NCBI GenBank assembly: GCA_013151235.1
Contig: JAADIO010000008.1
Span: 49,167 to 69,166, forward strand
From: Deltaproteobacteria bacterium
GTDB lineage: Bacteria > CG2-30-53-67
Reading direction: 5' to 3'
DNA: 20,000 bases
The notes beneath the pieces are model-generated. The model saw only the letters and a program-made list of their open reading frames with translations. It ran no database searches and was not told the origin of the DNA. Position numbers and translations under genes: made by a program. Below, in pieces: positions 8,290 through 17,150 of this stretch (the stretch's first letter is position 1; each line of letters starts with the position of its first letter).

Positions 8290-8973
8290 ATGGCGACCGA
8301 CAATGTACTGATCAAAGTCCGGGGGCTGGAAAAATCATTTCAGTCCGGTACGAAAAAGCTGGAGGTCCTCAAAGGGATTGATTTCACCATCCGCACAGGG
8401 GAAATGATGGCCGTCTGCGGCGCCTCGGGCGTGGGAAAGAGCACCTTCCTCCATATCTTGGGGACGCTGGAACGCCCCACGGCAGGACAGGTACTCTACG
8501 GAGAAAAGGATATTTTTTCACTCGACAACGGGGCGCTGTCTCAATTCCGGAATCGGGATATCGGGTTTGTCTTCCAGTTCCATCACCTCCTGCCTGAGTT
8601 CACAGCGATGGAGAACGTCATCATGCCCCATCTGATTGCCGGTGCATCACGCCGGGCCTGTCTGGCCCGCGGCCGGGAACAGTTGGCTGAAGTGGGACTT
8701 GAGGATCGGGCCGAACACAAGCCGGGGGAACTCTCCGGCGGCGAGCAACAGCGGGTCGCCATTGCCCGGGCCCTCTGTATGAATCCGAAGATCGTCTTTG
8801 CCGACGAACCGACGGGCAACCTCGACACCACCACGGGGGAATCCGTTCACGAACTGCTGAAGGAGATCAACCGAAAGCAGAACGTCACCTTCGTTCTGGC
8901 CACCCATAACGAAGATCTCGCACGGAAGAGCGACCGGATCGTCCAGATGGTGGACGGCAAAATTGCCGGGTAG
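8290..8973 (+). CDS. lolD: ABC transporter ATP-binding protein, LolD/MacB-like (lipoprotein-releasing ATPase)
   Basis: Walker [54 protein letters not shown]-loop ATH; 227 aa; GAGGAG RBS. Confidence 0.85.
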   Translation: MATDNVLIKVRGLEKSFQSGTKKLEVLKGIDFTIRTGEMMAVCGASGVGKSTFLHILGTLERPTAGQVLYGEKDIFSLDNGALSQFRNRDIGFVFQFHHLLPEFTAMENVIMPHLIAGASRRACLARGREQLAEVGLEDRAEHKPGELSGGEQQRVAIARALCMNPKIVFADEPTGNLDTTTGESVHELLKEINRKQNVTFVLATHNEDLARKSDRIVQMVDGKIAG

Positions 8974-9007
8974 ATACCCTTGCGGTTGATGCTTTCCGTC
9001 TTTGATC

Positions 9008-9968
9008 TTATCCTTTTTTTCTCTGCATCCTCACCGTCTTTCCTGTGATCTCCCATCTTCCTCTTTCCAGTGCCACCCCTTCAAGAAGACCATAATCACT
9101 CACGGTAATACGCTGCCCGGGAATCCTCAACAAGATTTCCAGGAGAAGAACTCCCCCGAAGAGTACAATATCCGCCTTGCCCGGTTCCAGAAAATAACGT
9201 TCCCGGATCGCATCCGCGGTGAGGGGGCGTACGGTTTGAAGAAGGGAAACCACATGAGGGGCCGTCAGCACCGTCCGATGGATCCTGTCCGAACGATATT
9301 GCCGCTCCCGCCGGAGCATAAAGGCCACGGTCGTCACCGACCCGCCCGTACCGACGGCCATCAAGCGCCGGTCCGGAAAGAAGAAGTCGTCAACCCCGTC
9401 CAGTGTTTCCCCGATCCTCTCCCGCATCAGGTCATACTCTTTTTGCGTCAGGGGATCGCCGGAGCCAAACCGCTCCTTCAGAGTCAAAGCCCCGATGGGA
9501 AGACTCACAATGCGGTCCCCACTCCTCCCGTCCTGCCGGATCAGTTCGGTGCTTCCCCCGCCGATATCAAAGAAGAAGCAAGCCGACCGGTCGGACGGAT
9601 CGAGCCCGCCCCGAGAGGGTATACCGACCTTCTTCTTTTCCGGAAATCACACGAATCGGATGAGACAGCGCCCGGGACAACCGCTGGAGGACTGCGCCGG
9701 CATTCTTTGCAACCCTGAAGATGCCCGTTGCAACCGCCCGGACCTCAGCGACCCTCTCTTTGCGCAGGATCGCATCATACTGTCTGAGCACGGTCTCTCC
9801 CCGTTTGCAGGACGCCGGAGAAATCCGGCCCGATTCAGCGGCCCCCTCCCCCATCCGTGGAGTGTGCCGCTCCACGCGGAGCCGAGTCAATTTCCGAGCA
9901 GGATTCGAACGAAAGATGAGGAGGCGGAAGGTATTGGTGCCCAAATCGAGTACAGCCGATGGGGACAT
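9008..9968 (-). pseudogene. ppx: Ppx/GppA family exopolyphosphatase, frameshifted near 9600-9620 (pseudogene or sequence error)
   Basis: ORF 9968-9567 has VLDLGTNTFRL, VATGIFRVAKN and ISGKEEGRY. The next motif FFDIGGGSTELI, then SLPIG, GTGGSVTT, ADIVLFG and VSDYGLLEG, lie in the +1 frame. Confidence 0.85.
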
Positions 9969-10005
9969 TACGGTTTCTCACAATCCGGAGAGAAAACAGG
10001 CCGGG

Positions 10006-10653
10006 TCACGGTACAAGCTGTCCTTTCAGTTCTTTGGCAGCGGGAACCCAGGGAGAATCAGAGTAGTTGTTGATCAAATCGTCAAGCGCCTTGACGGCCT
10101 TTCGTATCTTCCCCTGAGCAGCGTAGATTCGTCCCAGTTCCAGCAGGGCAAAATCCCGGAACCGCTCCCCCACTTTATGGAAGGCCGCCTCCGCCTGATC
10201 GGGATGTCCCAAAGCGAGTTCCGTATCGGCAATCCCCTGATGGGCCAGGTCCTGAACCACTTCAATTTTCTTGCTTCGGGCAATTTTCAGGGCCGCCTGG
10301 TAATGCTGTAAGGCTTCTTTATACTTCGCCTGGTCGTAGAAGATATTCCCCCGGTACATCTCCGCCCGGGCCGCAGCGAGATCCTCCTTCCCGGAAAACG
10401 CTTTCAGGAACTCCAGTGCATCCTTCAAGCGCCCCTGATGGAAAGCCGAGACGGCATTGTCGAGGGCGGTTGCTTCCTGAATGCGGGCGGATTTGACCTG
10501 ATAGAGAACGAACAGGATAATCAGAACCGCCGCAAGGATTCCTCCGGCAATCATCGAGACAAACTTTATGTTTTCCCGGACATACATGTAGCCCCGTTTC
10601 AGTGCCTCCAGAAATTCATCCGGTTCCTGTGTATTTGTTTTATGTTTTGCCAT
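10006..10653 (-). CDS. Single-TM tetratricopeptide-repeat protein, YfgM-like
   Basis: N-terminal EPDEF.., one hydrophobic segment (IAGGILAAVLIILFVLY), then TPR-like helices (GNIFYDQAKYKEALQHYQAAL; LGRIYAAQGKIRKAVKALDDLINNYSDSPW). Confidence 0.8.
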   Translation of the reverse strand: MAKHKTNTQEPDEFLEALKRGYMYVRENIKFVSMIAGGILAAVLIILFVLYQVKSARIQEATALDNAVSAFHQGRLKDALEFLKAFSGKEDLAAARAEMYRGNIFYDQAKYKEALQHYQAALKIARSKKIEVVQDLAHQGIADTELALGHPDQAEAAFHKVGERFRDFALLELGRIYAAQGKIRKAVKALDDLINNYSDSPWVPAAKELKGQLVP

Positions 10654-10670
10654 TGTTCCTCCCTGTGAAC

Positions 10671-11318
10671 TTACGAAAGTTCATTGATGAATCGTTCTGA
10701 ATGTTCAAATACTTTTTTCACCTCTGCTCCATGCAGACCCGCTCCCTGCAGGATCCTGCGAGCCATCTCTTTCGTCACCAGATCACCCGGCGCATGGGAA
10801 TCGGTATTACACACCAGCGGCACTCCGAATTTGACGGCCAGGGAAGCCACATGACCGTTGGAGAGAGAATGCCCTTTACGGGTAGTAATCTCCAGCAGAA
10901 CTCCACGTTCCCCCGCCTTTTTGACTTCCTCTTCCGTGATCAGCCCCGGGTGGGCCAGGATATCGACACCGGCCTCGATGGCCGCCCGGTTGGTCCCCGC
11001 CCTGACCGGCTCAACCAGGGTCTCCCCATGTGCGACGATGATCTGCGCCCCTGACTTCCTTGCCCGCCGTACCAGGACGGCAAAATCGTCCGGGTGGACA
11101 TGGGTAATCTCCACACCGGGGATCGCACGAAGGCTTCCTCTTTCGTTCAATGCCTTGCAGCCGTTGACAATGCCATGGAGGATCTGTTCGATGTTGGAAT
11201 GATCGGCATGGTCCGTAAAGGCAATCGCCCGGTATCCGGCAACTTCAGCCCGCCGCGCCAACTCTGCGGGGATGAGAACCCCGTCACTGAAAAGGGTATG
11301 TGTGTGGAGATCGATCAT
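10671..11318 (-). CDS. PHP-domain metallophosphoesterase (histidinol-phosphatase-like)
   Basis: MIDLHTHTLFSDG, AFTDHAD, PGVEITH, ILAHPG, NTDSH: PHP metal-binding motifs. Confidence 0.9.
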   Translation of the reverse strand: MIDLHTHTLFSDGVLIPAELARRAEVAGYRAIAFTDHADHSNIEQILHGIVNGCKALNERGSLRAIPGVEITHVHPDDFAVLVRRARKSGAQIIVAHGETLVEPVRAGTNRAAIEAGVDILAHPGLITEEEVKKAGERGVLLEITTRKGHSLSNGHVASLAVKFGVPLVCNTDSHAPGDLVTKEMARRILQGAGLHGAEVKKVFEHSERFINELS

Positions 11319-11386
11319 TTTTTTTCCCGTAACTACGATTCCCTGTCTTTCCGAACTTTACGATTCCTAAGGATAAAATCTGATGA

Positions 11387-11415
11387 ACTGTAGCAAAGTT
11401 CCCCTTTAAACTCAA
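11387..11415 (-). promoter_or_regulatory. Possible sigma70 promoter for the PHP-TPR-ppx cluster
   Basis: Minus strand TTGAGT-N17-TACAGT with a TG extended -10. Confidence 0.45.
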
Positions 11416-11430
11416 GGGATTTGTATAAAA

Positions 11431-12333
11431 TCAACGAAAGATCCCGGCAAGATATCGCAGGGCAACAAAGAGGAGAGACAAAGTCAGGATCAATTTGATC
11501 ACGACGACGGGAACATATTTCTGAACGCGGGCGCCGAGATAAATCCCGGCAAACCCTCCGGCTCCGAAGAGCACCCCGAGGGACCAGTCCGGGGCAATCG
11601 ACATCTCCGGATGGAGGAGCGCCAACAGATGATAAAAACCCACACCGGCAATGGAGGTAATCAGCGTTCCCATCAGGCAGGCCCCCGCCACTATGTAGAC
11701 GGGGAGTTTGAGAAAAGTAATAAAAAAAGGAGCAATGATTACTCCGCCGCCAATCCCGTAGATCCCCCCCACGATCCCCACGATAAAGGTAAACGCCAGC
11801 ACCCCCGGTACGGGGAAGGAATAGACCGTTCCGTTGAAGGTGAAGCGTACCCGGCGCAGTGAAAAGGAGGTTTCTCCCGCAACAAAGTCCCCCGCTCCGC
11901 CCGAGCCGGGACGATCCGTCCTGCTGTGGAGCATATCCAGAAGAAGTCGGAGCCCGATATAGAGGAGAACAAACCCGGCAAAGAACTTGAAGTTTGTCGG
12001 ATCGGGAAGATAACGGATCCGGACCCAGGCCCCGACAAAGACCCCCGGGAGGGTCCCTATAATTACGGCCCATGTCAGAGGCCAGACCATCCGCCCCTCC
12101 TTGATGTATCGCCATACACCGCTGGGAATGGCAATGATGTTGAAAACCTGGTTGGTCGCGCTCACGGATGGAGCGGTATAGCCGAGAAAGCTGACCTGAA
12201 AAGGAAGAAGGAGAAAGGCGCCGGAGACGCCACCCATAGAGGTGAAAAAGGAGATCACAAAAGAAACCAAGGGAGGCAAAAGGAGGGAGGTCGTCACCCC
12301 AGACACCGGAAAGTGCCATAACAGAAACGCCAT
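11431..12333 (-). CDS. Sulfite exporter TauE/SafE (TSUP) family membrane protein
   Basis: Multiple TM segments; FFTSMGGVSGAFLLLP and duplicated GIVGGIYGIGGGVIIAP motifs. GGGGAG RBS before ATG 12333. Confidence 0.9.
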   Translation of the reverse strand: MAFLLWHFPVSGVTTSLLLPPLVSFVISFFTSMGGVSGAFLLLPFQVSFLGYTAPSVSATNQVFNIIAIPSGVWRYIKEGRMVWPLTWAVIIGTLPGVFVGAWVRIRYLPDPTNFKFFAGFVLLYIGLRLLLDMLHSRTDRPGSGGAGDFVAGETSFSLRRVRFTFNGTVYSFPVPGVLAFTFIVGIVGGIYGIGGGVIIAPFFITFLKLPVYIVAGACLMGTLITSIAGVGFYHLLALLHPEMSIAPDWSLGVLFGAGGFAGIYLGARVQKYVPVVVIKLILTLSLLFVALRYLAGIFR

Positions 12334-12349
12334 AAACGCTCCCCACTTA

Positions 12350-12430
12350 ATTGATCTACAAATCAATAATACAAATATTCCAAACAATATTGATTTATAT
12401 ATCAATACACAAATAGACTTTTCTATCAAT
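12350..12430. promoter_or_regulatory. Three palindromic operator-like sites ATTGAT-N6-ATCAAT
   Basis: ATTGATctacaaATCAAT 12350-12367; ATTGATttatatATCAAT 12389-12406; ATAGACttttctATCAAT 12413-12430. Confidence 0.8.
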
Positions 12431-12442
12431 TTACGCTATAAT
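12414..12442 (+). promoter_or_regulatory. sigma70 promoter of the XRE-hipA operon
   Basis: TAGACT-N17-TATAAT; the -35 box and spacer overlap the third palindrome. Confidence 0.75.
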
Positions 12443-12472
12443 GACCTTATTATAACGATGGGAGAGGAAGAA

Positions 12473-12718
12473 ATGCAATCCCTTATTTTTCCCCTTTTAG
12501 AACAGATCCTTATAACCGCTAAAGCGCAGGGGCTTTCACAGAAAGAGATCGCATTACGGGCCGGGATCAGCCCGGAGGCCCTGTCCCGAGCGAAGAAGGC
12601 CTCCGATATACAGCTTTCCACTCTGGTCCGGCTCGCCGGAACGGTGGGGCTGAAGGTCACCCTCGCTCCCGACCGGCCCGTCCTGGAGAAGATCCTCTCC
12701 GGTGAGGTCTTTGAATGA
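12473..12718 (+). CDS. XRE-family HTH protein, putative HipB-like antitoxin/autorepressor
   Basis: 81 aa: AKAQGLSQKEIALRAGISPEALSRAKKASDIQLSTLVRLAGTVGLKVTL. GGAGAGG RBS before ATG 12473 (alternative 12458). ATGA overlap with the downstream kinase. Confidence 0.85.
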   Translation: MQSLIFPLLEQILITAKAQGLSQKEIALRAGISPEALSRAKKASDIQLSTLVRLAGTVGLKVTLAPDRPVLEKILSGEVFE

Positions 12719-14073
12719 TCACCGACCATGAAGCTGTTGTCTGGACACGTATCGGAATGCGCCCCGTCAAGATGGGACGGGTCTACATCACCGACCGGGA
12801 GTGCCGTTTCACCTACACCGAAGATTATGCCGAAAACGGCCTTCCGGGACTGGGACTGATCTACCCGCCGAAGATCGTGCAGACCACCACCATCGTCCGG
12901 CAACGAACCGAATTTTTCGATCTGCTCCCACCGCTCCAGGCCCTGGTCCCTCCCCGGCGTGAGAAAAATTTTCAGCGGACCTTGATCCTCGCTCACCTGG
13001 CAAAGAGAGGGATTCTTCCCGCCGCCGGCTTCGAGGCGGACTGGGAGATTCTGAAGATCGCCGGCCACGGAGGGATGGGACATCTCGACCTGTTCGAAAA
13101 CGACGAGAAGGCCGCCGAGTGGTACAGCGCCCCCGCTCGGCAGGAACTGCGGGAAGTCACCCGGGACTTCGGCCTCTCCCTGAAGGATTTTCTCACCTGG
13201 TTCGATACCGATCCCGAATCGATCCTCGAAATCGTCGGGCCGACACCAACGGTGGGGGGTGCCATCCCAAAACTCCTCGTCTCCATCGCAGACGACGGAT
13301 GGGACGGACGGCTCGGCCTTCCGAGGAGAATCGGCGCAAAAGGAATGACCGATGCCCTTCTGAAATTCGAGCAGGCCGGAACCTATCCGGGGATTACCGA
13401 GTTGGAGGCCCTGACCCTCGACATCCACACAGAAGCGGGATTCGAGGTTCCCCGGCACTGGCGGACGGAGATCAACGGGATACCCACACTGGTCATTGAA
13501 CGCTTCGACCGGGACGTCGCCGGGATCCCCCGCTTCATGGAGACCCTTCATTCCATCTTCGCCTGCGGTGATCTCTCCATTACCCATCACTACAGCGGAA
13601 GCTACGATGCCATCGGGCGGGCCATCGACCGATCTCCCATTCCCCTCGTTGAGGACGGAAGGGCCGCGAAGGAGCATCTCTTAAAGAGACTTCTTCTCTC
13701 CTTCGCCACCGGAAACGGCGATCTCCACCTGGAAAACCTCTCCATTCTGGACCGAGAAGGCACCCTCGCCTTCTCCCCCGTTTACGATCCTACACCCATG
13801 CGGGCCTACGCCATCCACGACATGCTCGCCGCCATGCCCTTCGGCGCTTACGGCGAGGTCCGCTTTGAAGAGGCACTGCTCCGCTTGACCCGCAACCTCG
13901 GTTTCCGGAAGAAGGACCTTCTTCATGCCATCGAAGTGGTCCTGACCGTCACCCGGAGCTACCCGGAACGAATCGAGGGGCTTTCAGCCCTCCCCGGAAA
14001 GAACAAGAAAAACCTGGTCGGAATCGTCGAAAAGATCCGTAAAGATCTCACGAAGATCCGAAAGAGTATTTAA
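12715..14073 (+). CDS. HipA-family Ser/Thr kinase toxin
   Basis: 452 aa; Gly-loop PTVGGAIPK, LLKF, ELEAL, LVIERFDR, catalytic GNGDLHLENLS, FSPVYD. Translationally coupled to the upstream HTH gene. Confidence 0.88.
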   Translation: MITDHEAVVWTRIGMRPVKMGRVYITDRECRFTYTEDYAENGLPGLGLIYPPKIVQTTTIVRQRTEFFDLLPPLQALVPPRREKNFQRTLILAHLAKRGILPAAGFEADWEILKIAGHGGMGHLDLFENDEKAAEWYSAPARQELREVTRDFGLSLKDFLTWFDTDPESILEIVGPTPTVGGAIPKLLVSIADDGWDGRLGLPRRIGAKGMTDALLKFEQAGTYPGITELEALTLDIHTEAGFEVPRHWRTEINGIPTLVIERFDRDVAGIPRFMETLHSIFACGDLSITHHYSGSYDAIGRAIDRSPIPLVEDGRAAKEHLLKRLLLSFATGNGDLHLENLSILDREGTLAFSPVYDPTPMRAYAIHDMLAAMPFGAYGEVRFEEALLRLTRNLGFRKKDLLHAIEVVLTVTRSYPERIEGLSALPGKNKKNLVGIVEKIRKDLTKIRKSI

Positions 14074-14101
14074 TAGAGACCAAGAACAACACACAACGGC
14101 A

Positions 14102-15376
14102 TCAGGGATAGAGCCCCCGGGCAAGCATGGCATCGGAAACTTTTTTGATCCCCTTGATCAACGCCGCCGTGCGCATACTGCTCTTTTCCCTTTCGGCAAT
14201 ACCGTAGACCTCATCAAAGGCGCGTGTGATGATCCGTTTCAACTGCATGAGAATTTCATCAATTTCCCAGAAGAAGTTCTGCAGGTCCTGGACCCATTCG
14301 AAATAGGAGACAATCACCCCGCCGGAGTTGGCCAGGATGTCGGGAATGACAAAGACCCCTCGGTCGTTCAGGATCCGGTCCGCCTCGATCGTCAGCGGCC
14401 CGTTGGCTCCTTCCGCCACGATCTTCGCCTGGATGCGATCGGCATTCTTGTCATGAATCACCCCCGACACGGCGGCCGGAATCAGGACATCACAGGAAAC
14501 GGTCAGAAGTTCTTCATTGGTAATCTGATCCCCCTCGTTGAAACAGGCAAAATTCCCGTGTTCCCTGTAACAGGCAACCAAATCCTGGAAGTTCAATCCG
14601 GAAGGATTGTAAATCCCGCCTTTGGAAGTGCTGACGGCCACGAGGGTCCCGCCCATCTCTTCGATGGTCTTTGCCGCATTGGCGCCGACATTCCCGAAAC
14701 CGTGGATGGCGAAGGTCGTCTCTTTGTCGATGCGGCTCCCTCTTTTTTCCAGCGCCTTGACGACAGTGTAGACCACCCCTCTCCCCGTCGCCTCGGTCCG
14801 TCCCTGCGATCCGCCGATCACGAGCGGTTTTCCCGTCACTACGCCGGGAACGGCATGCCCTTTCTGCTGGCTGTAGGTATCCATCAGCCAGGCCATCACC
14901 TGCGCGTTCGTTCCCATGTCGGGAGCCGGGACATCCTTCTCCGGACCGATTACATTCACCAGCTCCACCGTAAAACGTCGAGTTAGATGCTGCAACTCTT
15001 TCCGGGAAAGATCATGCGGATCGACCGTCACCCCCCCCTTGGCCCCGCCGAGAGGAAGCCCGGCAAGAGCGCATTTCCAGGTCATCAGCATTGCCAGAGC
15101 CGCCGTTTCACCGATCGTCACATCCGGATGATAACGGATTCCCCCCTTGAATGGGCCTAAAACATCGTTGTGCTGTACCCGGTAACCGGTAAAAATCTTG
15201 ACATCCCCGTTGTTCATACGCACCGGGATAGAAATGATGATGGAGCGGTCCGGGACCTGCAGACGATTCACCACGTTGGGATCAAGATCGATACGCTGCG
15301 CGACCTCGAGAAACTGTTTCGTCACGTTTCCGTAGGCCGGACATTCCCAGATCGTATGACAGCTTTTCCTCTCCAT
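14102..15376 (-). CDS. gdhA: Glu/Leu/Phe/Val dehydrogenase, most likely glutamate dehydrogenase
   Basis: GYRVQHN..GPFKGGIRYHP, MTWKCA..LPLGGAKGG, DVPAPDMGT, VVTGKP, GFGNVG, EGANGP, IPDILANSGGVIVSYFEWVQ. Confidence 0.93.
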   Translation of the reverse strand: MERKSCHTIWECPAYGNVTKQFLEVAQRIDLDPNVVNRLQVPDRSIIISIPVRMNNGDVKIFTGYRVQHNDVLGPFKGGIRYHPDVTIGETAALAMLMTWKCALAGLPLGGAKGGVTVDPHDLSRKELQHLTRRFTVELVNVIGPEKDVPAPDMGTNAQVMAWLMDTYSQQKGHAVPGVVTGKPLVIGGSQGRTEATGRGVVYTVVKALEKRGSRIDKETTFAIHGFGNVGANAAKTIEEMGGTLVAVSTSKGGIYNPSGLNFQDLVACYREHGNFACFNEGDQITNEELLTVSCDVLIPAAVSGVIHDKNADRIQAKIVAEGANGPLTIEADRILNDRGVFVIPDILANSGGVIVSYFEWVQDLQNFFWEIDEILMQLKRIITRAFDEVYGIAEREKSSMRTAALIKGIKKVSDAMLARGLYP

Positions 15377-15406
15377 CGGTGGTCTCCTTTCAACAAAGTT
15401 ACTTCC

Positions 15407-15435
15407 ATCCTACACCAAGCTGAAAAAGGAGGCAA
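15407..15435 (-). promoter_or_regulatory. Possible sigma70 promoter for gdhA
   Basis: Minus strand TTGCCT-N17-TAGGAT, about 30 bp upstream of the start. Confidence 0.4.
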
Positions 15436-15658
15436 CCGGCATCACTCACCCGAAGACAGCGACTAAAGTGACAGGGGTTCCAACGGCTGTTGATCCGAAA
15501 GAAAATTTCTTCTTCCCGCCCAACGGCGGGTGTGTTATAAAATGCATGGAAAAAGAGAGGTGACCTGAGTAGTTACGACGGTTTTTTATCATCATCCGCA
15601 CAACTTCAACCAATACCGGCATGCGCGGCAACCCCATGCCGCAGCGTATCCGTCATTC

Positions 15659-16969
15659 ATGACTTCTCTGGAAAAATACAACCATTCCGTCAAACGGCAT
15701 CACCGGTGGAACACTTCCGTGGGGTGGCTGGACGGGATCTTTTTTGCCCTCGGCGGAAGCCTGGTATCGCATATCACCGTCCTGCCGATCTTTCTCCGTC
15801 TCCTCACGGAAAGCAAGGTAATCATCGGGCTGGTCCACACCTTTACCATGGTGGGGATCTTTCTTCCCCAGATCATCTCGGCACACCATATCGAATCGAT
15901 GCCGAGAAAGAAGGGACTGGTCATCCTGATCTGGGCAGTGATGCGCCTCCCCTGGCTGGTCCTGGCCTTGATACTTCCCTTCATCGTCCACCTCCCGCCT
16001 CCCTGGCCGGCGGGAATCTTTCTTCTTCTCTATCTCGTTTTCACCCTCGGCTGGGGATTCGGCATTCCACCATGGCTTGACATGGTCGGCCGGATCATAC
16101 TCCCACGGAAACGGGGGGCCTTCCTCGGCATCCGCTTCACCCTCGGACGACTCTTCGGTATGCTCGGCGCACTGTTGTCGATCTACCTGATCGAAGCCTA
16201 TGCCTTCCCCTACAACTTTGCGCTCTGCTTCGCCGCTGCATTTATTTTTATGAACATCTCTCTCTTTTTCTTTGCACTGACCCGGGAGATCCCCTACCCC
16301 GTCGTGAAAAAAAAGATCGCCTTTGTCGATTTCATGCGTGCCCTTCCCGATGTGTTCCGGCGGGATCATAACTTCTTTTTTTACAATCTCTCCTTTTCCT
16401 TCATCGCTTTTACCAATCTGACCCTGGCCTTTTATTCGGTCTATGCCGTGGAGCGATTCTCCCTACCGAACAGTTATGCAGGAATCTTCACCACTGTTTT
16501 CATGGCTGCACAGGTCGTAACCGGAGTGGTTTGGGGATTTATTGGAGACCGGCGGGGACATAAATTCTGCCTGATCCTCTCCGCGATCATGAGTATTTTA
16601 GCGGCAGTGACCGCCTACATGGCACCCTCGGTCCACCTTTTCTACGCCACCTTCTTCTTTGCAGGCGGCTATATGAGCGGCGCTTTGATCTCGAACATGA
16701 ACATCGTCCTGGAGTTCTGCTCCCCGGAGGAACGCCCTCTCTATATCGGCCTTTCCAACAGTTTTGCCGCTCCCGTCTTCATCGTTTCCCCGCTGCTCGG
16801 CGGATGGCTCGTCGACTACTTCTCCTACCGGACGGCCTTCGCCACAGCCGCTGTCATGACGACGATCGGCCTGATGATCCTGATTTTCCTCGTCAAGGAT
16901 CCCAGACATTTCCACCCATCCTGCAAAAAAGCACCTGTCGATTCACAAAACATGGAACCGGTGATATGA
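15659..16969 (+). CDS. Major facilitator superfamily transporter
   Basis: About 12 hydrophobic segments; motif A-like WGFIGDRRGHK; ERPLYIGL..; SPLLGGWLVD. Confidence 0.9.
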   Translation: MTSLEKYNHSVKRHHRWNTSVGWLDGIFFALGGSLVSHITVLPIFLRLLTESKVIIGLVHTFTMVGIFLPQIISAHHIESMPRKKGLVILIWAVMRLPWLVLALILPFIVHLPPPWPAGIFLLLYLVFTLGWGFGIPPWLDMVGRIILPRKRGAFLGIRFTLGRLFGMLGALLSIYLIEAYAFPYNFALCFAAAFIFMNISLFFFALTREIPYPVVKKKIAFVDFMRALPDVFRRDHNFFFYNLSFSFIAFTNLTLAFYSVYAVERFSLPNSYAGIFTTVFMAAQVVTGVVWGFIGDRRGHKFCLILSAIMSILAAVTAYMAPSVHLFYATFFFAGGYMSGALISNMNIVLEFCSPEERPLYIGLSNSFAAPVFIVSPLLGGWLVDYFSYRTAFATAAVMTTIGLMILIFLVKDPRHFHPSCKKAPVDSQNMEPVI

Positions 16970-17019
16970 TACCGGTTATTGCAGGAATCAAAGATCAGGG
17001 ACCTCACCGGAAACCTTGA

Positions 17020-17036
17020 TGTGGCAAAATGGCACA
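17020..17036. promoter_or_regulatory. Candidate enhancer (bEBP upstream activator site)
   Basis: Near-palindrome TGTGGCA-AAA-TGGCACA about 115-130 bp upstream of the sigma54 site. Confidence 0.4.
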
Positions 17037-17150
17037 CAGGATGGGTCAAGCTTAACAATTCCTGGCAACAATAATTCAACAAAAGAGAATGTTTCTGGCT
17101 AACCTATTGATCTAAAAAGAAAGATGCTTTCGGGGTTATTCCCGGTTTCT

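Noticed and set aside
11333..12346. 337-aa same-strand alternative-frame ORF over the TauE gene
   Set aside because: Arg/Gly/Ser/Cys-rich composition typical of an off-frame reading in GC-rich DNA; no motifs.
12350..12430. FNR boxes or a mini-CRISPR array
   Set aside because: FNR needs TTGAT-N4-ATCAA, not N6. Repeats are 18 bp with irregular 21- and 6-bp gaps and there are no cas genes.
12436..13677. 413-aa antisense ORF across XRE-hipA
   Set aside because: Antisense shadow with no recognisable domain or RBS.
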